From NCBI GenBank assembly GCA_964016885.1, contig OZ024754.1, forward strand, positions 14,570,001 through 14,634,000: DNA of 64,000 bases. Reading direction: 5' to 3'. Each line of letters starts with the position of its first letter. The stretch's first letter is position 1. This DNA is from Eledone cirrhosa. Taxonomy: Eukaryota. A model generated the notes under the pieces. The model saw only the letters and a list, made by a program, of their open reading frames with translations, searched no databases and was not told the origin of the DNA. Position numbers and translations under genes: made by a program. This document shows positions 53,955 through 64,000 of this stretch, one piece after another.

Positions 53955-54009
<55 letters not shown>

Positions 54010-54017
54010 ATATCTAA

Positions 54018-54094
<77 letters not shown>

Positions 54095-54097
<3 letters not shown>

Positions 54098-54370
54098 CAA
54101 AGGAAGTGTGGTAAGGAACCAGGTGGACCATAACGTACCAGAGTACTTGAACAATTTGCTATTACCCACTCTACAACCCTAATGTATTGGGTACTCTGGT
54201 GCGTTATGGTCCACCTGGTTCCTTATCACACTTCCTTCGTTATCTAGCCCCTACCTCCGTAGTAGAGCACTTTCTGACCCTACCACGCCATATCCCGACT
54301 CTTCCACCAACCCAGAAATAGCCGTCGAAACGGCTTGAGCTCTGCCGTCGGTGTCTTGAACAATTTCCTA
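54095..54370. mobile_element. Family D element, fold-back plus half-HHR
   Basis: Inverted arms about 54095-54148 and 54190-54243; gtcGAAAcggcttgagctctgccgTC at about 54324-54349. Confidence 0.7.
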
Positions 54371-54393
54371 TATATATATATATATATATATAC

Positions 54394-55660
54394 ATATTAA
54401 TAAAAGGAATTCCAACTTTGTCTGATTTACTCGTTTTATTTACAATCCTTTAAAATTATAATGATATTATAATGAAATAGTATGGTAGAATATTAAATGT
54501 TAAGTGTTAATTGAACAAGTACTTTCATGCTTTCGCAATTTTCAGGTTCATATTCTGTGGTGACAGTCAAGTTTGCAATTTTTAACTGTAATGAGATCGG
54601 TAAATGTATTTATACACTAGATTACGGTCAAGGTAGTTATTCTTTAACGGGCAAGAATGACTGTCCTTACAATTACAATTATTTATGTTATTATTTGATG
54701 ATACAGCTCTGCTATTAAGGTGTATGCTATTATTATTGCTTATGCTACTATCGATATTATTATGGTTAGTGTTAGGTGTTATTTCTATTTGAATCGTTAT
54801 AAGATTCCTATTATTAGTTTTTGCTATATTTTGGGCAATATTCATAGTTGTTGAGTATGATAGTTTGATAGTATGTCTTAAAAATCTGATAATATTTATG
54901 GGTTCTAGGGAAACATTTATCGAGAACCCGAAAAAACTGGTGAGCTTAACTAGTTTTAATTTCTAAAGATAGTGGTGGAGAATACCATAAAATAGAACGA
55001 GAACAGGATTTTCTATTCGATTTATTATTTTTATTTATATTTGAGTTATGTTGATTATAAGGTTGATTTATTCTGGTTTTGTAGTTTGTGTTATTAATAT
55101 TAGATTGTTTTTATATGAAGGGGTATAAGTATCCTTATGCATGTATTTAATTTTATTAGAGTAGCCTTCCCTGGATAGCGCCTCGTTATAATATTCGGCC
55201 TTATTGTCTTTATCTTTATTAGCAGAGAGTGTAGAGATTCTAAGCTGAACACTATTAACTATAGCCGTCTTAACGTTTTTAGGGTGGTTGGAATAGAAAC
55301 TAACATAATTTCGGTTTCCGTTTAACTTATGGAATGGATAGTATAGGCCAGATTTAAGATTTAAAGTAATGTCTAGGAAATTGACTATTCTATTATTGTT
55401 TTCAATTTCAAGTTTAAGGCCATAATTATTAACGAAGTCAATTATAATTTTCTTTTTCTTATTAAGGGCACTATTACTATGGTTATTTACAATGAAAAGG
55501 GTATCGTCACGATATAAACCTCCGCCAATATCCGGCAGTTTTCTATGGATAGTGTTGATGAAAATACCAACGAGGTCTGTAACTTGAGCTGATCCGAGGA
55601 CCCCATGGTAATATAAACATTTCCATGTTTATCAGCTCTGGTCCAAAGATCGCCATTAAA
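54394..55660 (-). pseudogene. Penelope-like element (GLYRDD-type RT, thumb, Cys-rich linker; endonuclease missing) ending in the family A module
   Basis: Minus strand encodes ITMG (about 55605), GLYRDD (about 55503-55520), FLDITLNL...YYPFHK and CNCKDSHSCPL...NLVYK, then joins the 204-bp module shared with 76-279. Confidence 0.82.
54512..54550 (-). ncRNA. Family A hammerhead copy with core mutation (CTGAAAA, G8A)
   Basis: Identical to 194-232 except at the core position. Confidence 0.7.
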
Positions 55661-55745
55661 GTCAATTATATATATATATGTATATATATATAATAGAATT
55701 AGGATTTAGCTTCAGGCATAGCTGTATACAGATATGTATTATAAT

Positions 55746-55811
55746 TTCGTATTTCTAAAGAAACACGGTATGTTTATTGATAAACATACCGTGTTTCTTT
55801 ATAAATACGAA
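55746..55811. repeat. Fold-back palindrome
   Basis: ttcgtatttctaaagaaacacggtatgtttat-tg-ataaacataccgtgtttctttataaatacgaa. Confidence 0.85.
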
Positions 55812-56638
55812 CTTATATATACACACACACACACACGCACAGACACACATATATATATATAATAGCAATAGAAAAAGCACACAGAGAGTTACATAAGACG
55901 AAAAGACAAGTACGTCTTTAGCCACCATCTGGTGTGCAACTTATATATATATGTGTGTGTGTGTGTAACTGCGTGTGCATGAGTGCGTATGTATGTATAT
56001 ATGTGCGTGTATGTGTGCTTGTGTGTGTGTATGTGTGTGCATGTGTGTATGTATGTGTGTGTGCGTGTATGTGTGTGTATGTTTGTGTATGTATGTACAC
56101 ACACACATAAATACATACATACACATACACACACATATATACATATACGTGTGCGTGTGTGTGTGTATGTATCTGAGTTGGTTCGTTAAGACGTGTATAT
56201 TAAGGAACTGATGTAAATACAAATGTTTTTATTTTCCTTCACTTTAAGGGAAGGAGGAAGGAAAAGGAAAACTTAATTGAAAAATTAGCAAAAACACTAA
56301 AAACGCTAAACCACATATTGCGTTAAATATAACAAGATTAGAAAAAATGTTTAGTTTCATATGTAACAATTTCTCCTTTAGATGAAAGTTGGTCAGCCGC
56401 ATGGTTTATATTTATCGTTCTTTGATAAAACACACAAACAATATAGACAAATACACAAACAACCAGTGAATAAGTTGTAGTTTGTTTGGCCAGGAATGTC
56501 GTATGATACGATGATCTAAATATCTGGAAGTAGATTACTAACAACATAAAGTCACGTTACTGCATACTTCACTGCACACGAGCAGTGTGTGTATATATAT
56601 ATATATATACATATCTGTGTATATCTATCTCTGTAATC

Positions 56639-56669
<31 letters not shown>

Positions 56670-57327
56670 CTTCTTCTTCTTCTTCTTCTTCTTCTTCTTC
56701 TTCTTCTTCTTCTTCTTCTTCCTTTCTTTACTGTATATGTCTCCCTTTCTTCCTCCTTCTTTTTGATCTCTCTATCTTTATTATTACTATTATTATTGAT
56801 GATGTAATTTGAATTTGTAAATTTGCCGGTTATATATATTTTGTATTTTGTATAACAGTTTCCGACGATATGATCGAGCTAACATCGTATTTAAAATTTA
56901 GTGGCACTGCTTCTAGTGATCAGCAATTTTTAGACATCTTTATCAGTGAAACAATTGTTAGACTGTAAATAAATCCCCTTTTTTGTACTGTTGACCATGT
57001 TATTCTTCACTTTTTCAATTTTATTACTTCAAGATAAACTTACATAGGAATACAAGTGAAATCATAAACTCGTCATCTACGTAAACCTCTTGTTGAGTCA
57101 AACAACGCCGTACGCTAAAACTATGCATAATAAGAAGTATTCACAACCTCTAACTGGATTACCTATTACGATATTTTGTTATCCCTTATATATATATATA
57201 TGCGTTATGGTCCATCTGGTTCCTTACCACATTTCCTTCGTTATATATATATATATATGTATATATACATACATATATATATATATATGTGTTATATATA
57301 TATATATATGTTATATATATATATGTT

Positions 57328-57433
<106 letters not shown>

Positions 57434-57456
57434 TATACTGGAAGGTAATATCCGTA

Positions 57457-59450
57457 GTGGTCTTTCAAACGTCAATTAGACTGCTTCGTGCTATCCATTG
57501 CGGCTTTCACAGTTCTGAGTTCAAATTCTGTCACGGTCAACTTTTCTTGAATTGGTCTTTCAAACGCCAATTAGACTGCTTCGTGCTATCCATTGCGGCT
57601 TTCACAGTTGAGTTCAAATTCTGTCACGGTCAACTTTTCTTGAATTGGTCTTTCAAACGCCAATTAGACTGCTTCGTGCTATCCATTGCGGCTTTCACAG
57701 TTGAGTTCAAATTCTGTCACGGTCAACTTTTCTTGAATTGGTCTTTCAAACGCCAATTAGACTGCTTCGTGCTATCCATTGCGGCTTTCACAGTTCTGAG
57801 TTCAAATTCTGTCACCGTCAACTTTTCTTGAATTGGTCTTTCAAACGCCAATTAGACTGCTTCGTGCTATCCATTGCGGCTTTCACAGTTCTGAGTTCAA
57901 ATTCTGTCACGGTCAACTTTTCTTGAATTGGTCTTTCAAACGCCAATTAGACTGCTTCGTGCTATCCATTGCGGCTTTCACAGTTCTGAGTTCAAATTCT
58001 GTCACCGTCAACTTTTCTTGAATTGGTCTTTCAAACGCCAATTAGACTGCTTCGTGCTATCCATTGCGGCTTTCACAGTTCTGAGTTCAAATTCTGTCAC
58101 GGTCAACTTTTCTTGAATTGGTCTTTCAAACGCCAATTAGACTGCTTCGTGCTATCCATTGCGGCTTTCACAGTTGAGTTCAAATTCTGTCACGGTCAAC
58201 TTTTCTTGAATTGGTCTTTCAAACGCCAATTAGACTGCTTCGTGCTATCCATTGCGGCTTTCACAGTTGAGTTCAAATTCTGTCACGGTCAACTTTTCTT
58301 GAATTGGTCTTTCAAACGCCAATTAGACTGCTTCGTGCTATCCATTGCGGCTTTCACAGTTCTGAGTTCAAATTCTGTCACCGTCAACTTTTCTTGAATT
58401 GGTCTTTCAAACGCCAATTAGACTGCTTCGTGCTATCCATTGCGGCTTTCACAGTTCTGAGTTCAAATTCTGTCACGGTCAACTTTTCTTGAATTGGTCT
58501 TTCAAACGCCAATTAGACTGCTTCGTGCTATCCATTGCGGCTTTCACAGTTGAGTTCAAATTCTGTCACGGTCAACTTTTCTTGAATTGGTCTTTCAAAC
58601 GCCAATTAGACTGCTTCGTGCTATCCATTGCGGCTTTCACAGTTGAGTTCAAATTCTGTCACGGTCAACTTTTCTTGAATTGGTCTTTCAAACGCCAATT
58701 AGACTACTTCGTGCTATCCATTGCGGCTTTCACAGTTGAGTTCAAATTCTGTCACGGTCAACTTTTCTTGAATTGGTCTTTCAAACGCCAATTAGACTGC
58801 TTCGTGCTATCCATTGCGGCTTTCACAGTTCTGAGTTCAAATTCTGTCACGGTCAACTTTTCTTGAATTGGTCTTTCAAACGCCAATTAGACTGCTTCGT
58901 GCTATCCATTGCGGCTTTCACAGTTCTGAGTTCAAATTCTGTCACGGTCAACTTTTCTTGAATTGGTCTTTCAAACGCCAATTAGACTGCTTCGTGCTAT
59001 CCATTGCGGCTTTCACAGTTCTGAGTTCAAATTCTGTCACCGTCAACTTTTCTTGAATTGGTCTTTCAAACGCCAATTAGACTGCTTCGTGCTATCCATT
59101 GCGGCTTTCACAGTTCTGAGTTCAAATTCTGTCACCGTCAACTTTTCTTGAATTGGTCTTTCAAACGCCAATTAGACTGCTTCGTGCTATCCATTGCGGC
59201 TTTCACAGTTCTGAGTTCAAATTCTGTCACGGTCAACTTTTCTTGAATTGGTCTTTTAAACGCCAATTAGACTGCTTCGTGATATCCATTGCGGCTTTCA
59301 CAGTTCTGAGTTCAAATTCTGTCACGGTCAACTTTTCTTGAATTGGTCTTTCAAACGCCAATTAGACTGCTTCGTGCTATCCATTGCGGCTTTCACAGTT
59401 CTGAGTTCAAATTGTGTCACGGTCAACTTTGACTTTCATGTTTTTGAGAT
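57457..59450 (+). repeat. 93/95-bp tandem array (21 units) derived from a SINE tRNA-like head
   Basis: The unit contains ttctgagttcaaattctgtcacggtcaacttt, and the last unit continues into gactttcatg, paralleling SINE family 1 (gagttcaaatcccgccgaggttaactttgcctttcatc). Confidence 0.9.
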
Positions 59451-60233
59451 CAATGAAAAGTGCGAGACCCGTGCAGAAGTCGATTCGTTCCCCCCTCCCC
59501 CACCACCTCTCTCTCACATTCACTCTCTGTCTATCTCCTCCTTCTCTCTCTATCACTCTCTCTATGTCTGTCTCTGTCTGTCTCTCTCCCTCTTCTCTCT
59601 CTCTCTCTCTCTCTCGGACTCTCTCCTTTCTCACTATCGCTCGCTCATTCTCTCTCTCTCTCTCTTCTCTCTCTCTTCTCTCTCTCTCTCTCGATATCTG
59701 TCTCTCTACTCCTCCATTTCTCTGCCCCCCCCCCCTCTCTCTCTCTCCCTTCTCCCTATCTCTCGCTCATTCTCTCTCTCTCACTCTTTCTCTCTCTCAC
59801 TCTTTCTCTCTCTCTCGTTTCTTCTTTCATTTGACGATATCGGTAATGTTAGGGACTGGAGAGGGTTTGCCCAAGACACGGCGCATGGCATTCCAGCGTC
59901 CCCTATAAGTCAATCAGGAGCTCAAGGCCAAGAAGAAAATCTCTCGACACGTTTTCTCCGCTTTCGGGCTTTTTACCGTCTTCTTTGCTCTCTTCTGTAC
60001 TCTTTGTCCCTACATATAATTTCTTCTTCCCCTCCATCCACCTCAGATACCACCCCATACTTTCTTTCGTCTCATTTTGTTTTTAATGGCACCATCTTGT
60101 TTTTTCTTTCATTTTCAATTAGAAATATTACAGAACTAAATATATATTTTCTTTCAAATATTTGTGATGAGTTATCATGTAGTGAAATGAATCTACAGTC
60201 CTTCATATATATTTTTATATTTATAGATGTACG

Positions 60234-60426
<193 letters not shown>

Positions 60427-60594
60427 GTGTAATTATATATATGTAATTATATATATGTATTTATATATATGTGTATATATATATACGATATATGTATATA
60501 TATATGTATATATGTATATAAATATACATATATATATACACATATATATACATATATATAATTACATATATATATATAATTACATATATATAAT

Positions 60595-60654
<60 letters not shown>

Positions 60655-60809
60655 TGTATGTTTATATGAGTGTGTATGTGTTAGTATATTTTTGTGCCTC
60701 CTTGCGTATACATCATATTGCATAGACATACATACATGCATATATATATAGAGAGAGAGATAGATATAGATATAGATATATACATACACGCGCACTTACA
60801 CGCACTAAC

Positions 60810-60868
<59 letters not shown>

Positions 60869-61049
60869 CTGGCGCGAATACTCACATTTCATAACTGGAA
60901 AGAAATCTGCTGTGTTATCATATCCAATCCTTTTGCAAGTACGGTAGGTGACGTAAGTCAAAGATGACTCCTACTGTGAAGAGAATCTTAGTCGGCAAAT
61001 CGACTATTCTGGAATGTCACCGCCACACCACACGAGGCCTCTCTCTTCA

Positions 61050-61102
<53 letters not shown>

Positions 61103-61109
61103 TTTATTT

Positions 61110-61243
61110 TTTTATTTTATAGAAGGAGCTTCTACTGTACTAGTCCTGTAGAAGCTCCTTCTATAAAATAAAAAAAATTTACTCTGCCATGTATTGAGTA
61201 CCTTACTTACTGTGGTTATCCCCGACTCAACCCGGGACCTACG

Positions 61244-61250
<7 letters not shown>
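61110..61250 (+). mobile_element. Family G element, 5'-truncated within the HHR, with a short fold-back
   Basis: ttttatagaaggagcttctac-tgtactagtcct-gtagaagctccttctataaaa, then a body nearly identical to 23220-23325. Confidence 0.8.
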
Positions 61251-61341
<91 letters not shown>

Positions 61342-61837
61342 TATATACATACATATATAGATACACAACATACATGACACATACATATATATATATATAT
61401 ACATACATACATGCATACATGCATGCATAGATGTACACATACACAACTCACAGGACACATACATACATATATACATGCATGCATGCACACATATATATAT
61501 TATCTACATACACAGATGCATAGATATATGAAGACTTATATACATGCATACATACGTACACATACATTTATACATATACATACACATACATGCGTATATG
61601 CACTCATATATATATATATATACATATACATACATGCATAGATGCACACATACATATACATACATATACATGCATGTATACATATACATATAAATATACA
61701 TATACATACATGCATGCACACATACATATACATGCATGTATATATATACACATACTTGTATGCTTATATGCTGGCATACGTACATATATATACATACGAG
61801 TACACATACCGGAATACATTCATGCATACATACATAC

Positions 61838-62020
61838 ATACCTTCAGATTTATGCCTGTGATTATTGGGGCACTGGGGTATGTTAGTAACTGCATCAATA
61901 CAAATCTTGAGAAGCTGGGCTTCACAGGAACAGACAGAACACAACTAGTTAGGAAATTATAAGTACAATCCATTAACGGAACAGTAAAAATATGTAAAAC
62001 ATTTCAAAAATTTTGCATCT
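61838..62020 (+). pseudogene. RLE-type non-LTR retrotransposon C-terminal fragment
   Basis: FRFMPVIIGALGYV...LVRKL*VQSINGTVKICKTF, comparable to PVVVGSLG in the 51330 region. Confidence 0.7.
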
Positions 62021-62249
62021 AATAACTGCATATACACATGTACAGATACAAAGCATATACACATGCACACATACAACTCAAAACATACACATCCATACAT
62101 ACAATAACATCCATATCTACACATGCAGACATACATATCTACCTAGTTGATGTTGTGTAAATTCCAATGTGAGAGTCTTGTATCTATGTTAGAAACCGAC
62201 TCTCTCTCTATTGGTAAAACTTTGTGAAATTATAAAACCAGAAGAACAT

Positions 62250-62870
62250 ACATACATACATGGTGGCTGCCAACTCGCTTTCGAGTACGGCCACTATTTT
62301 ATATCCATGTAGGAGAACCCCTACCGATGCGCTGAACGAGTGTGACTTTTTAGTCCAGCCAGCGACTTGAAAACTCTGGTACAAACACTACACTTGTGAC
62401 AATTATTGACACATAGTGCTGGGCCCATGGAATCCATGTGACGACAAATGCAGAGAGATCTCCAGATATAAAGCAATGCCTGTGCCGTGAAGCTTTTATA
62501 GGGAGCAAAGGCACTGCACAAAGCCAGTCCCACTCTCTTAACCAAGATGATATTTACCAAAAAGAAGAACAAGTCAACATCATTGGATACCATCAGGGTT
62601 GCAGGTGTTATATCAGAGTTTTCCTTCTCCTAGAATTCTGCCTTGACAAAGGCTGAGGGGTCATCTCTCCCGGTGATTTTGGATGGCCATTGACTCTTAA
62701 GAGCTCCTTTGCCCTTTGACAGGTTTTGTTTTTAGTCCTGCAGGATGTCCAAAGTCACCCTCCTCACCAAGAAACCTTGGTGGGGTTCCCAGTTTAGTCG
62801 CCAACGACCCGACCATGTGACAGGTTGTACTGGGATACATGTTACCAGTAACATCAACTGGTGACCTGAC
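62250..62870 (-). mobile_element. About 610-bp non-autonomous RTE-derived element within (ATGT)n
   Basis: A hairpin-rich 5' segment (62700-62870) is joined to the shared RTE 3' module, with (TACA)n on both sides. Confidence 0.75.
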
Positions 62871-63261
62871 ATACATACATAGGTACATACATACATACAT
62901 ACATACATTCATGTATACTAACATACGTAATAAACTGTTTTGGTTAAGGCCACGAATCACAACTGGAATCGAACTCAAAACCTTACGATCGTGAGTAGAA
63001 CATGTTAACCACTAAGCTATTTAAAATCTATGTACGTACCTATGTACATTTATACATGATGACTGCTTCCTTTTATGAGGCCAACCGATAGGTCTCACTC
63101 TCAGAAACTTGCTGAAGAGGTGTCAAAGAGAATGTTAGGAAGTAGCTCCACAGAACACAGACTAAACAAAATCTTACTGTAGTTGATGAGACCAAGAGAA
63201 AGGTTATGGCGGAGAAGATGATGGAGAACAACCGAAATATTCTGAACCAGCTGGGAACCTC

Positions 63262-63458
63262 GATGCTGATGATGATGATGATGAGGAGGAGGGGGGGGGT
63301 GATGATGGTGGTGATGATGATGATGTTGTGATGATGATGATGATGCTGATGATGATGAAGATGATAATGCTGATGATGATGATGATGATGATGTGATGTT
63401 GATGATGATGATGGTGATGGTGATGGTGATGATGATGATGATGCTGATGATGATGTTG

Positions 63459-63507
<49 letters not shown>

Positions 63508-63705
63508 AGTGATGATGATGATGCTGATGATGATTCAGGAGGAGGAGGTGGAGGGGGAATGATGATGATGATGATGCTGATGATGATAATAACGAAGGGG
63601 GTGATAACAATGATGATGATGATGATGATGGTGATGGTGATGATGATGATGATGAGGAGGAGGAGGAGGAAGAGGAGGAGGGGTGGGGGTGGGGGATGAG
63701 GATGA
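63262..63705. repeat. (GAT)n/(GAG)n trinucleotide tract
   Basis: Direct inspection; source of the poly-H/S/I ORFs. Confidence 0.95.
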
Positions 63706-64000
63706 TTTACTTTATTAATGCCTGCAACATACCCTGAGTATTTATTGGAGACACGTGCCTGGTACATACATATCTATATATACCTACTTACATCCATTAC
63801 ATACATATACACACTTACATACTATATACATACATATATACATACATATATACATATATACATATATACATACATATATACATACATACATATATACATA
63901 CATACTTACATCTATTACAGACATATATATATATACACACATCCATTACATACATGTATATATACATACAAACATTCATACGTACGTACACACTTACATA

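Overview
AT-rich, microsatellite-saturated animal non-coding DNA. The SINE families and repeat landscape suggest an octopod cephalopod, which is inferred and not verified. I found no convincing host protein-coding gene: nearly all listed ORFs (poly-YI, poly-V, poly-L, poly-HT) are simple-repeat artefacts. The real coding remnants all come from retro- or DNA transposons. They are a nearly full-length R4/Dong-type RT plus restriction-like-endonuclease non-LTR element (about 47670-51665, one frameshift), three Penelope-like element (PLE) RT fragments, RTE-clade LINE fragments and a Helitron helicase fragment. The window also holds two tRNA-derived SINE families, hAT and mariner MITEs and five large tandem arrays. 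The main hidden signal is a dense set of type I hammerhead ribozyme (HHR) motifs, folded by eye. About a dozen complete or near-complete copies belong to about eight unrelated sequence families. They lie in short non-coding elements inserted in (TA)n tracts, often as fold-back inverted duplications, consistent with a diverse PLE pseudo-LTR or retrozyme-like system. Several carry recurrent non-canonical core variants (U10.1-U11.1, U4C, U4A). Other notable items are one HHR module shared by two different PLE types, an intact tRNA-like cloverleaf inside a partial tandem repeat, and a 21-unit array amplified from a SINE Pol III head. All RNA folds and boundaries were read manually and need computational or biochemical confirmation.
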